Shown here: positions 1 through 9,136 of the stretch, in pieces
Position numbering within the stretch: the stretch's first letter is position 1
Layout of the letters: each line of letters begins with the position of its first letter
NCBI GenBank assembly: GCA_945865725.1
Contig: CAMBEO010000004.1
Location: forward strand, 2,016-66,015
Length of the DNA stretch: 64,000 nucleotides
Source: Thermoflexus hugenholtzii JAD2
Lineage (GTDB): Bacteria; Chloroflexota; UBA11872; UBA12225
Direction: 5' to 3'
The notes under the pieces: generated by a model
Database searches by the model: none
What the model saw: the letters and a program-made list of their open reading frames with translations, nothing else
Told to the model about the DNA's origin: nothing
Program-made: the position numbers and the translations under genes

Positions 1-1
1 C

Positions 2-1402
2 CTGCCCGACCGGGAGAGTGTCGCCGTCCTCGCAGGTGCCGTGCGCGGGCGGGCGGATGCGGCACGTGCCGAGGCTTCGCGCCTGCGAGCCGTCGCCGCC
101 GGCGAGGCGACGGCCCTAGCCGACTTTCGTCGCGACACCTCCCGGGAGGGTCGTGCCAAGGACGACCTCGACGCCGCGATCCGGGCGGCCGGAGAGGCAG
201 TCGCGCGGGTCGCCCCGGTCTCGATGACCTTGCCGGTCGGACACGCGGACAACGTCGCGCGCGCCATCGCCCTCGCAGCGACCATTCGTGCGCCATCCGT
301 GGTCGATGGGTCGGGCCATCCATCCTTCGGCGACGGCCCGGCGCCAGATGGTGGCCTCTCGGCTCACCCGGTGGCAGGCACCATCAACGACCTTGGCACC
401 CGCGCGGGGACGGTCGCGACTGCGTTCGATGACGTGGCACGTGCCGTTGACGTCGCGGCGGCCCACGGCGCGTCCGAGGACGCCTCCGCGGCCGAACGCA
501 TCGCCGACCGGTCGCGCGCGATGGCCAACGCTGATGGCGAGACCGCTTGGCGGGCCGCCGCCGATGCCGCCACCGCCCTCGGCGTCGCGATCGGTCCGCG
601 TCCGGGGATCGACGAGGACGACCGGCCGGCCGGGGTGGATGTTGTCACCGCTGCGGTCGCGGCGGCCCGAGCGGTCGTGGCCGGAGATGCCACCTTGCCG
701 GGACGCGACGCGGCCGTCGCGATGCGGGAGGCCATCCTCGGCGAGGCCGGGGCCGCATCCGAGGCGATGGCGGCGGCACGCCGGGTCGTCGGCGACGAGG
801 AGGCGTTGCCCGTGGACGACGCACGGGGGCGCCTCGAGACGGCACGTCGCGACCGCCGGGCACGCGACCGCGCGGCGACGATCCTGATCGCGACCCGGGC
901 GCGGATGATGGCGGCGATCCTGCCTGACACCCAACGCGAGATGGGGCGGCTCCTTCCCGACCTGACCGCCGGCCGCTACCGGTTCCCGCGTCTCGACGAC
1001 CGCTTCCAGCTGGAGGTGTTCGACGAACGCAAGCGGGGGTGGGTCCGGCGTTCCCTGTTCTCCGGCGGCACTCAGGACCAGTTCTCCCTCGCGTTGCGCC
1101 TTGGGTTCGCGATCGCCGCCCTGCCTCGCGAGGTCGGTACCGCGCCGGGGTTCCTGTTCCTGGACGAACCGCTTTCGAGTTTCGACCGGGAGCGCACGCG
1201 CGCCCTCGTCGATCTGCTTCGCGATCCCGCCGGAATCATCGGGTCCCATTTCCGGCAGGTGTTCCTCATCTCGCACTCGCAGGCGTTCGACCCTGGACTG
1301 TTCGCCTACCAGGTCGAGATGGAGGACGGGCGCGTCTCCCGGTCGACGCTGCCGGCACGGGCCGTCGCGGCAATCCCGTCGGTGGTGACGGCAGGGGAGT
1401 GA
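2..1402 (+). CDS. SMC/SbcC-like ABC-type ATPase, C-terminal part (5' end outside window)
   Basis: The frame is open from the window edge to the stop at 1400-1402. An Ala/Arg-rich coiled-coil-like stretch is followed by an ABC signature-like 'FSGGTQDQFSLALRLGF', Walker B/D-loop 'FLFLDEPLSSFD' and H-loop 'VFLISHS'. Confidence 0.75.
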   Translation: MPDRESVAVLAGAVRGRADAARAEASRLRAVAAGEATALADFRRDTSREGRAKDDLDAAIRAAGEAVARVAPVSMTLPVGHADNVARAIALAATIRAPSVVDGSGHPSFGDGPAPDGGLSAHPVAGTINDLGTRAGTVATAFDDVARAVDVAAAHGASEDASAAERIADRSRAMANADGETAWRAAADAATALGVAIGPRPGIDEDDRPAGVDVVTAAVAAARAVVAGDATLPGRDAAVAMREAILGEAGAASEAMAAARRVVGDEEALPVDDARGRLETARRDRRARDRAATILIATRARMMAAILPDTQREMGRLLPDLTAGRYRFPRLDDRFQLEVFDERKRGWVRRSLFSGGTQDQFSLALRLGFAIAALPREVGTAPGFLFLDEPLSSFDRERTRALVDLLRDPAGIIGSHFRQVFLISHSQAFDPGLFAYQVEMEDGRVSRSTLPARAVAAIPSVVTAGE

Positions 1403-1517
1403 CGCGGAAGGCAAGCGTCACTCCAACCCCCACCCTCCTGCGCCACTCGCGTCGTCGGTGCGCTGGCATCGTTGCCGGGCACAGGTCACGTTGGGGGTCC
1501 GCGGGTAGAATCTGCCG

Positions 1518-2510
1518 ATGGCGCCGCAAGAGGTCGGGGCAACTGCGCCCGGCGTCTCCGGGCGCGGTGATGCCCCTCACGACGACCCGGGAGGCACGCC
1601 CCGAAGGGCGGCGACCATCGCGCTCTCGACCGGGTCGGCATACACCTACGGGCTTTCGCGCGTCTTCCACCTCGCGGCCGATGCCGGCTACGAGGGCGTC
1701 GAGGTCATCGTGGACGAGCGATGGGACACTCGGCAGGAGGCGTACCTCAACCGCATCGCCCGCGGGACTGGTGTCGCAATCCTGAGCATCCACGGCCCGT
1801 TTCCCTCGCAGAGGGTCGCCGGGTGGCCATCCGACGAGGTCGGGCGCGTCGCGGAGGCGGTGCGCCTGTGCGAGGCCACGGGTGCGCGCACGCTGAACCT
1901 GCACCTGCCGGAGCGGTTCCAGGTTGCCGCCGTCACCGCGATGGGACGACGGTTCCTGGTGCCGTTCGGAGGCGCGACGCCGTCGATGCACCGCTTCGGC
2001 GAATGGTTGACCGGGGGTGGGTTGGACGAGGTGCAAGCCTCGACCAAGGTGCAGATCGTCGTCGAGAACTTGCCGATGCGGCGCGTTTTCGGTCGGCGCC
2101 TGCACGCGCACCGGTACAACGACTGGGAGTCGTTCCGACAGTTTCGCGCGGTCTGCCTGGACACGACCCACCTTGGCACGACGGGTGCCGACCTCCTCGA
2201 GATCGCGGCGCGCCTTGGCGTGCGGATCGCGCACGTGCATCTTTCGGACTACGACGGACGGAATGAGCACCTGATGCCGGGGCGGGGCACGCTGCCGCTG
2301 GAACCGTTCGTGCAATGGCTTGGCCGACGGCATTTCGCCGGGACCATCGTCGTGGAACTGACGCCCCACGGCCTCCCGGCCCACGACGAGGCGCGATTGC
2401 GCGCGGAGTTTGCGCGGGCGCGCGAGTTCGTCGCGGCGGCGTTCCAGGCCGGCGCGACGATGGGAACGGCCGCCACGACGCGCACCGCACCCCACGGGGA
2501 CCGGAGCTGA
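1518..2510 (+). CDS. sugar phosphate isomerase/epimerase (xylose isomerase-like TIM barrel)
   Basis: 330-aa ORF. 'FHLAADAGYEGVEVIVD', 'VENLP' and 'HVHLSDYDG' are typical of AP-endonuclease-2/xylose-isomerase-like TIM barrels. The N-terminal ~35 aa are low complexity, so the start is uncertain. Confidence 0.7.
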   Translation: MAPQEVGATAPGVSGRGDAPHDDPGGTPRRAATIALSTGSAYTYGLSRVFHLAADAGYEGVEVIVDERWDTRQEAYLNRIARGTGVAILSIHGPFPSQRVAGWPSDEVGRVAEAVRLCEATGARTLNLHLPERFQVAAVTAMGRRFLVPFGGATPSMHRFGEWLTGGGLDEVQASTKVQIVVENLPMRRVFGRRLHAHRYNDWESFRQFRAVCLDTTHLGTTGADLLEIAARLGVRIAHVHLSDYDGRNEHLMPGRGTLPLEPFVQWLGRRHFAGTIVVELTPHGLPAHDEARLRAEFARAREFVAAAFQAGATMGTAATTRTAPHGDRS

Positions 2511-2513
2511 CCG

Positions 2514-3449
2514 ATGACCATCGTCGACCCGGGGCTCCTGGCGAAACTGGCATGCGCGCGGTGCGGGGGCAGCCTCGTTGCGTCTGCCCCTTCCTCTCTT
2601 GCTAGCGGTAGCGAGGCAGGGGGTGGGGGCCATTCCGATGGCGACCAACTCGCTTGCACGGCCTGCGACGCCCGCTACCCCGTCGCTGACGGCGTGCCGG
2701 TGATCCTCCCCGACGTGATCGACGAGTGGGGGCGCATGCAGCGTGACCTGTACGACGTGGTGGCGCCCCACTACGACGACGCGATCCCCGCCCACGTCAA
2801 CGCCCACTACCGTGACAAGCGCGTCGCGGCGGTCAGGGAGCTCGTGCCGCCCGGGAGCGAAATCCTGGACGTCGGTTGCGGCACCGGGGCGTTCGCGGGC
2901 GCCCTCGGCGCCGCCGGGTACCGCACCTACGGCGTGGACGCATCGCTCGGCATGCTTGCGGAGGCGCGTCGGCACGGCCGGGCTCAGGTGGCCCTCGGAC
3001 GCGGCGAGGCGCTGCCCTTCCGTGCCGGAGCGTTCGACCTCGCGATCACGATCGCGACGCTGCACCACATCACCGACCCCGATCTGGTCGCGCGGACCCT
3101 CGCGGGCATGGTGCGCGTCGTTCGTCCCGGTGGGGTCGTCGTCGCGTGGGACCACAACCCGAAGAACCCGTACTGGCCGATCTTGATGAAGCGCCTGCCC
3201 CAGGACACCGGGGCCGAACGGCTAGTGCCCCTCGAAGAGATCCGCGCGGCGCTCGAGGGCGCGGGCGCGGTCGCCATCCGCGCGACGCGATCCGGCCTGG
3301 TGCCCGAGTTCGCGCCCCCGGCACTGATGCCCGCATTCCGCCTCGCGGAGGCGATCATCGAACGCGTGCCTGGCGTGAACGTCCTGTGCGCTCACAACGT
3401 GGTCGTCGCGACGGTGCCGGCGACGGCGGGGCGGGGTCAGGCTGCGTGA
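2514..3449 (+). CDS. Trm112-like zinc-ribbon fused to class I SAM-dependent methyltransferase
   Basis: N-terminal 'CARCGG...CTACDARYPVADGVPVILPD' is Trm112-like. SAM motif I 'ILDVGCGTGAF' follows, then 'VVRPGGVVV' (post-I/II). A GGAG sits upstream of the ATG. Confidence 0.8.
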   Translation: MTIVDPGLLAKLACARCGGSLVASAPSSLASGSEAGGGGHSDGDQLACTACDARYPVADGVPVILPDVIDEWGRMQRDLYDVVAPHYDDAIPAHVNAHYRDKRVAAVRELVPPGSEILDVGCGTGAFAGALGAAGYRTYGVDASLGMLAEARRHGRAQVALGRGEALPFRAGAFDLAITIATLHHITDPDLVARTLAGMVRVVRPGGVVVAWDHNPKNPYWPILMKRLPQDTGAERLVPLEEIRAALEGAGAVAIRATRSGLVPEFAPPALMPAFRLAEAIIERVPGVNVLCAHNVVVATVPATAGRGQAA

Positions 3450-6187
3450 CGCGGTCGGGCGACCAACCAACGCACGCCCGGCGCCGACCGCCAAGGTCGT
3501 TCGGCAGCGTCGATGACGCGCTTGGATCGAACGCCAGGGGCCGTCGGCGGCGCGCGACCGTCGCGCGGGCGTGGCGGGGCCTTCGTCACGCGGTCCGTGT
3601 CCTCGTCCAGGCGGTCGTCGTCGTGGCGACCCTTGGCGGGGCGGCAAACCTCGCCTGGGTGGTGGCGCGGCTGCCGGACCACCCCGACGCCGACATCTCG
3701 CACTTCATGCACTGGACGCGCGTGATCGCGGTGCGCGGCGTCGAGGAGGCGTACGCGGGCGTCTACCCCGAGACCTACCTCATCTACCCGCCCGGGTCGG
3801 CCTGGGTCTACCGCGGCGCCGTCGAGTTCGCGCGGCGCGTACCCAAGCCGGACGACCTCTCGCCCCCGTCGATGGCGGTCGAGTGGATGCGCTACCTCGA
3901 CGGGTTGCCGCTGCCCATCGCCCCCGCGCCTCCGGACGAGGCGCCGGCCCCGGCCGAACCGGACCCGCCCGCGCCCGCGGACGGTGTACCGGAAGGCGGC
4001 GAGGCGATGACTGGCGATGCCCCGGACGCGCCCGTGGAATCGTCGGCCCCGGCACCTGCCACGCCTGCCCCGCCCCAAAATCAAGTTCCAGTCGCGACCC
4101 CCCGACCCGCCGGTCCACCCCCGGTGCCGGTCGATCCGTCTGGCCCGCGCGACGTGCCTTCCGGAGGGTCCGCGGTCCCAAGCGGGGTGCCGGTGACGGA
4201 CACCGCCGCGGTCCCGGACGCGATTCCGGCTACCGACGCGTTGCCGACCCCGGACGTGACCGCGACGCCCAGTGCGGCGCCGGTCGGCGGAACACCAGCA
4301 CTCCCGGTGGACGTGCCCGCCCCACCAACCGAGGAAGCGACGGAAGCGCCCGGCGCCGCCGTTCCCGGCGCGGGTGACCCCGTCCCGCCAGAGCCGTCAC
4401 CCCCGGAAGAGGCGCCGGTGGCGGAAGCCCCCGTCGCCAGCTCCGTGAGGACGGAACCGGTCCTGGCGTTCACGCGCCTCGCCTTCGAACCCGGCATGGG
4501 GGCATGGTGGCGCGAGGGCGAGGGGAGCGGCGACGTTTCGGCACCGGTCGGTCCCGACAGCGACGCTGCCAAGGCCGTGGACGCGACCACGGAGGGTGAC
4601 CCACCACCGGCGCAAGTCACGCCGGCAAGGCCCGCGCCCGTCCGTTCCGTGCCGGGCCTCGACGATGCCTGGCTCCGGGTCGCGGTCAAGCTGATGCCCG
4701 TCGCCGGCCATGTCGCCCTCGCGGGCGTGCTGTTCGTCGTGGTCGCCGTCGCTTCCGGGAGGTTCTGGCGCGGCTGGTTGGCGATGGCAACCTACGCGTG
4801 GAACCCCGGGCCGATCTTCGACACGGCGTACTGGGGGCAGGGCGACTCGATCCACACGCTGCTGTTGCTGGCCGCGACCGGCGCCGCGTTCGCGGTGCCG
4901 GGGTGGTGGCCGTTACGGGGTGCGTCCGGTTGGCGGGTCCTGCCCCAGGTCGTCGCACCGCTGGGTGGCGCCGTGGCCGGGGCGCTGGTCGCGGCGGCGG
5001 CGCTGACCAAGCCCCAGGCGTGGGTGTTCATGCCGTTCGTGCTGTGGATCATTTGGAAGCGCACGGGTCCGTTCGGCACCGCCGCCTTCGGCGCGGCGGC
5101 CGGCGCGGCCGCCCTCGTGATCGTGCGCCCCTGGCAGGAAGCCGGTGTCCTCGCCGATGCCCTCTCGGTCTTCGCCGCCCTCACCCAAGTGATGCCTTCT
5201 GTATCGGCGAACGGCCACAACCTCTGGTGGCTGAAACTTGGGCCAGGCGCGATCGCGGTGTACGACTCGCTGCCGGTCGGAGGGATCGGTCCGATCCTCC
5301 TGCCGGGGCACCTGACTTTCGCGACCGTCGGGCGCCTGGGCTTCGGTGCCCTCGCCCTCCTCGCTGCCTTGCGCCTGACCGGCCCGCTCAACGTCCGCGT
5401 GGCGGTGACCTCCCTCGCGTACGTCGCCAGCGCCTACTTCATGACGATCACGCAGGTGCACGAGAACCACCAGTTCGCCGCCGTGCCCTTCCTTGCGGCG
5501 GCGGCGGCTCTCGACCTCGCGTTCCTGCCGGTCTTCCTCGCGACCAGTTTCGTGATGTTCACGAACATGGCGATCCACGACTTCCTGTGGGGGGCGCCGA
5601 TGACGGCGCTCTACCTCGAGCGGCTGCCATGGCTTGCCCGCCTCGGCGTCGTCGACGGGGGCACGCTGCAGATGGCCAACGCGTGGCTGAACGTCGGCAC
5701 GTTTGGTCTCTTCTCGCTGACCTTCCTGTTCCGACCGACGACGCCCGGGCAGTCGGCCAGCTACCTGGTGTGGCGGGCTCGCCTGACGATGGTTGCGGGC
5801 CTCGCCCTCGGCGGGGGCGCCTGCTTCGGACTCTGGCGGCTCATCAACGACCGGATGGCCGCCGAGGCGGTCTGGCAGCTGCTTGCGATCTCGACCCAGG
5901 GAGTGCCCCTGATCGACCGGCACCTCGGTCTCGTGACGACACCGGGTGCGCGCCTTGGTCGCGCCGCTGTCGAGTTCGTCAACCTCTACTACGTCCTCGG
6001 TGGTGTCGCCGCCATCGTCTGCTGGGCGGCGGCGATGGCCGGTGCGACGTGGTCGCTGCAATCGATGTGGCGACGACGGCACGAACGACGCGACGAGGCC
6101 TTGGCGCGGGCGGCGTTCCGGGAACTGTTGCGCACCGGCACCGGCGAGCGGGCCACGCCCACGCGGCGGGGGGCGCACGACGCCTGA
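3446..6187 (+). CDS. polytopic membrane protein, putative GT-C-type (DUF2029/GT87-like) glycosyltransferase with large Pro/Ala-rich insert
   Basis: GTG at 3446 overlaps the TGA of the upstream gene (GTGA). The 2876-3445 part of the track ORF overlaps the methyltransferase out of frame and is discounted. The protein has one N-terminal TM, a loop 'YPETYLIYPPGSAWVY', a ~275-aa Pro/Ala/Glu-rich segment (about 3840-4665), then at least 10 hydrophobic helices including 'ITQVHENHQFAAVPFL'. The family call is from memory of the YPP-loop pattern only. Confidence 0.5.
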   Translation: MTRSGDQPTHARRRPPRSFGSVDDALGSNARGRRRRATVARAWRGLRHAVRVLVQAVVVVATLGGAANLAWVVARLPDHPDADISHFMHWTRVIAVRGVEEAYAGVYPETYLIYPPGSAWVYRGAVEFARRVPKPDDLSPPSMAVEWMRYLDGLPLPIAPAPPDEAPAPAEPDPPAPADGVPEGGEAMTGDAPDAPVESSAPAPATPAPPQNQVPVATPRPAGPPPVPVDPSGPRDVPSGGSAVPSGVPVTDTAAVPDAIPATDALPTPDVTATPSAAPVGGTPALPVDVPAPPTEEATEAPGAAVPGAGDPVPPEPSPPEEAPVAEAPVASSVRTEPVLAFTRLAFEPGMGAWWREGEGSGDVSAPVGPDSDAAKAVDATTEGDPPPAQVTPARPAPVRSVPGLDDAWLRVAVKLMPVAGHVALAGVLFVVVAVASGRFWRGWLAMATYAWNPGPIFDTAYWGQGDSIHTLLLLAATGAAFAVPGWWPLRGASGWRVLPQVVAPLGGAVAGALVAAAALTKPQAWVFMPFVLWIIWKRTGPFGTAAFGAAAGAAALVIVRPWQEAGVLADALSVFAALTQVMPSVSANGHNLWWLKLGPGAIAVYDSLPVGGIGPILLPGHLTFATVGRLGFGALALLAALRLTGPLNVRVAVTSLAYVASAYFMTITQVHENHQFAAVPFLAAAAALDLAFLPVFLATSFVMFTNMAIHDFLWGAPMTALYLERLPWLARLGVVDGGTLQMANAWLNVGTFGLFSLTFLFRPTTPGQSASYLVWRARLTMVAGLALGGGACFGLWRLINDRMAAEAVWQLLAISTQGVPLIDRHLGLVTTPGARLGRAAVEFVNLYYVLGGVAAIVCWAAAMAGATWSLQSMWRRRHERRDEALARAAFRELLRTGTGERATPTRRGAHDA

Positions 6188-6329
6188 CCCGACGGCGTTC
6201 CCGACCTGTTTCTGCCACGAGAAGGCGCCGCGCGCGGCCTGGTGGGCAGTGGGAGCCGTCCGACGACGCTGGGGGATATCCTCGCGCGGTCCCGGGGCGC
6301 GCCGGCCGCGCGACCGGCGAGGAGTCCCG

Positions 6330-7175
6330 ATGGAACTCGGTATCTCGAGCTACTCCTTTCACCGGCTGGGCAAGGGTCCCGAGGGGCGCGACCCCATCCC
6401 TCCGGTGGAGGCAATGATCGACCGTGCGTCCGCCCTCGGGTGCACCGGCTTCGAGATCCTGGGCGTGCACATGCCGTCAACCGATCGTGGCTACCTGAAC
6501 GACCTCAAGCGCCACGCCCTTCATGCCGGCGTGCACTTCCTCTCCGTGTCGGCGCACCACGACTTCGTCAAGCCTGACGCCGAGGCTCGGGACGAGCAGG
6601 TGCGCATCGTCGAGTCGTGGATCGAGGTCGCGGCGCGCATGGGCGCTCCGGTCGTCCGGGTCTTCGGCGGGCGCTGGCGCACGATCCCGAACTTTTCCGA
6701 GTACATGGCGCGCCGGGGGCACGAGCCGCCGGTTCCCGGCTACACCGAGGACGATGCGTGGGGGTGGATCTTCGACAGCTTCGAGCAGTGCCTCAAGACG
6801 GCGGCGCGCGAGGGGGTAGTCCTCGCCCTGGAGAACCACTGGGGGTTCACGGCGAGTGCCGCGGGCACCTGCCGCATCATCGAGACGCTCGGCTCGCCGT
6901 GGTTGCGCGCGATGATCGACACCGGCAACTTCCTCGAGGGCGACCTGTACGCCGAGATCGAGCGCATGGCGCCCCACGCCGTCCTCGTGCAGGCGAAGGC
7001 CTACCCCGGGGGAGGGCTGTACTACACGCTTGACTTGGACTACAAGCGCATCATCGAGATCTTCCGGCGCCACGGCTACCGCGGTGCCCTGAGCCTGGAG
7101 ATGGAGGGCAACGCGCACCCGGATGACGGCGTGCCCGAGGCGCTCGCAATCTTGCGCGAGGCCCTTGGGCAATAG
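6330..7175 (+). CDS. sugar phosphate isomerase/epimerase (xylose isomerase-like TIM barrel)
   Basis: Internal ATG (codon 129 of track ORF 5946..7175) is preceded by GGCGAGGAG. 'MELGISSYSF', 'GCTGFEILG', 'VLALENHWGF' and 'IDTGNF' are typical of the family. Confidence 0.8.
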   Translation: MELGISSYSFHRLGKGPEGRDPIPPVEAMIDRASALGCTGFEILGVHMPSTDRGYLNDLKRHALHAGVHFLSVSAHHDFVKPDAEARDEQVRIVESWIEVAARMGAPVVRVFGGRWRTIPNFSEYMARRGHEPPVPGYTEDDAWGWIFDSFEQCLKTAAREGVVLALENHWGFTASAAGTCRIIETLGSPWLRAMIDTGNFLEGDLYAEIERMAPHAVLVQAKAYPGGGLYYTLDLDYKRIIEIFRRHGYRGALSLEMEGNAHPDDGVPEALAILREALGQ

Positions 7176-7183
7176 CGGAAGGG

Positions 7184-7987
7184 ATGGCGAGCATGGCGAT
7201 TGACCTTGGGTGCATGAACCGGCCGTGGGCCAAGCATTCCTTCGACCAGGCCCTTTCCGGCATCGCGCGGGCGGGCTTCCGGTCGTTCGGCCTCCTGAAC
7301 AACTGGAACCAGGATGTCAAGGTCACCGGCGACAGCGATGACGCGGAGGCCGACCGGGTTGGCGCGCGGGTGCGGGACGCCGGGCTAGCCCTGCGCATGG
7401 TCCCGTGCAGTGTCCCGATCGATCGCGGGCACGATGGTGCCGTCAACTACGTGCGCGTCCTCGCGCGCCACGCGGAGCGACTCGGCGTGCGGGTCCTCCT
7501 TGAGATGGGGTCGAACCACCCGGAGAAGTACGACGCCTACTTCGCGGTCATGCGCGACGCGGCGCCGGCGGCGGCTGACCATGGCGTGACGATCGCGCTG
7601 AAGCCACACGGGGGCCTTTCGACGACGGCCGACGATTGCCTCCGCGCGATTGAGCGGGTCGACCATCCCGCGTACCGCCTGACGTATGACCCGGGCAACC
7701 TCCTGTACTACGCGGGCGAGTCGCCCGTGCCTGCCCTCGCTCGGCTTCGCCCGTACGTCGTGGCGGTCTGCCTCAAGGACGAGACCGGCGGCAACGGTCC
7801 GGACCGCGCGGTCGACCTGGTGCCAGGCGACGGCGACGTGGACTTCCCGACAATCATCAAGGCGTTGCTTGACACCGGTTTTGACGGCCCGGCAATCGTC
7901 GAGACCCTCGGGCCGGGGTCGGTCGAGGAGGTCGACGCGCACGCCGCGCGCGCGTTCCGGTACCTCGGGGGCCTGGTCGGTGCGTGA
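7184..7987 (+). CDS. sugar phosphate isomerase/epimerase (xylose isomerase-like TIM barrel)
   Basis: 267-aa ORF starting 8 nt after the previous stop. Motifs are 'VLLEMGSNH', 'YDPGNLLYY' and 'AVCLKD'. Confidence 0.8.
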   Translation: MASMAIDLGCMNRPWAKHSFDQALSGIARAGFRSFGLLNNWNQDVKVTGDSDDAEADRVGARVRDAGLALRMVPCSVPIDRGHDGAVNYVRVLARHAERLGVRVLLEMGSNHPEKYDAYFAVMRDAAPAAADHGVTIALKPHGGLSTTADDCLRAIERVDHPAYRLTYDPGNLLYYAGESPVPALARLRPYVVAVCLKDETGGNGPDRAVDLVPGDGDVDFPTIIKALLDTGFDGPAIVETLGPGSVEEVDAHAARAFRYLGGLVGA

Positions 7988-8016
7988 CGGGCGCGCCCGG
8001 TGAAGGAGAGTAAGGA

Positions 8017-9033
8017 ATGTCTGGCACCACCTCCCTCGCGCTCGGCCTGATCGGTTGCGGAACCATGGGCGGGTCACACGCCACGCAACTCGTCTCCCTG
8101 GCCGACGCCCATCTCGCCGTCGCCTGTGACCTCGACCTTTCGAAGGCGGAGGCGGTGGCAGCGCAGGCCGCGGCGGCCGGGCGCGCGGTGCGCGTGACGG
8201 CCGACCTTGCCGATGTCCTCGCTGACCCGGGGATCAAGGCCGTGATCGTGGCCACGCCGAACTTCACCCACCGGGAGGTGGTGTTTCAGGCCCTGGAGGC
8301 GGGCAAGGACGTCTTCTGCGAGAAGCCGATGGCGCTGACGGTCGCTGACTGCGACGCGATGATCGGGCGCTCGCACGACCTTGGGCGCAAGTTGATGGTC
8401 GGCCAGGTCCTGCGTCTGATCACCGTCTTCGCCACCGTGCGACGCCTCGTCGCCGATGGCGTGATCGGGCGGCCCTTCGCCGCGCGCATCGTGCGGTGCG
8501 CCCGCCGGTCACTCGAAGGGCCGTGGGCATCGACATGGCGGTCGAAGCGTGCCAACACGGGAGGCCTCCTGCACGAGGTGAACGTGCATGAGTTCGACTT
8601 CCTGCGGTCGATCTTTGGCGAGGTCGAGTCCGTCTCGGCGATGGCGGCGAACTTCACCCGGCCCGAGTACGACTACGAGGACCACGTGATCGTCACCCTG
8701 CGCTTCCGGAACGGGGGCCTCGGGGTCCTCGAGTCATCCGTGGCGACGGTGATTGGCGCGACGGACGGCCTGATCACCGGTGACCGCGGGAGCATCGCCT
8801 ACGACTGGGCGCGCAACACCGTACGGTACCGCCTTGTCGATGGCACGGAGGAGGACGTGCCGGTCGAACGGGACCAGGGTCGTTCGGTGCAGGGCGAACT
8901 TGCGAGCTTTGCGCGATGGGTCCTGCATGGGGAGGCGCCGGTCGTGACCGCCGAGGACGGTCGTCGCGCGGTCCAGTTGGCCGAGGCGGCGTATGCGTCA
9001 ATCGGTACGGGGCGCGTGATCCAGATCGATTGA
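8017..9033 (+). CDS. Gfo/Idh/MocA family NAD(P)-dependent oxidoreductase
   Basis: AAGGAG RBS upstream. Rossmann motif 'LGLIGCGTMG', the 'DVFCEKPMA' (EKP) motif, and a C-terminal alpha/beta dimerisation region. Confidence 0.85.
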   Translation: MSGTTSLALGLIGCGTMGGSHATQLVSLADAHLAVACDLDLSKAEAVAAQAAAAGRAVRVTADLADVLADPGIKAVIVATPNFTHREVVFQALEAGKDVFCEKPMALTVADCDAMIGRSHDLGRKLMVGQVLRLITVFATVRRLVADGVIGRPFAARIVRCARRSLEGPWASTWRSKRANTGGLLHEVNVHEFDFLRSIFGEVESVSAMAANFTRPEYDYEDHVIVTLRFRNGGLGVLESSVATVIGATDGLITGDRGSIAYDWARNTVRYRLVDGTEEDVPVERDQGRSVQGELASFARWVLHGEAPVVTAEDGRRAVQLAEAAYASIGTGRVIQID

Positions 9034-9136
9034 CCCAAGCGCCTAGCGCGGCCACCGACGAGGTTCCTGCCACTGGCGCGGCGCGTGCCGACGGGACGAC
9101 GGCGTTTCCAGCGGCCCGCGGGTCTACCATCGTCCC

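Noticed and set aside
1506-1520. TAGAAT hexamer 6 nt upstream of the ATG at 1518, suggesting a leaderless transcript.
   Set aside because: There is no convincing -35 or extended -10 element at appropriate spacing. A single hexamer match is insufficient to report as a promoter feature.
1266-3155. 629-aa minus-strand ORF, and similar long antisense ORFs (e.g. 116..1414, 4913..6178, 13879..15081, 17626..19719, 35554..36918, 39975..41450, 45767..47023, 52947..55124, 59447..60352, 61818..62801).
   Set aside because: They are Arg/Pro/Gly/Ala-dominated with no recognisable motifs. Each is fully overlapped by an opposite-strand gene with clear family signatures. These are typical stop-codon-poor shadow frames of very GC-rich DNA.
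2876-3445. 5' extensions of track ORFs upstream of the starts I chose (2876-3445, 5946-6329, 17602-17763, 17640-17897 on the minus strand, 30611-30814, 39054-39908, 45017-45379, 52683-52973, 54848-55105, 58681-59076).
   Set aside because: The extensions overlap neighbouring well-supported genes or are low-complexity sequence. Internal ATG/GTG/TTG codons with GGAGG-type RBS coincide with the beginning of the homologous domain.
3840-4665. Pro/Ala-rich stretch considered as a separate secreted repeat protein or as non-coding.
   Set aside because: It lies in one continuous frame that links an N-terminal TM/loop to the downstream TM bundle, with no internal stop or RBS. It is treated as an insert within the membrane protein.
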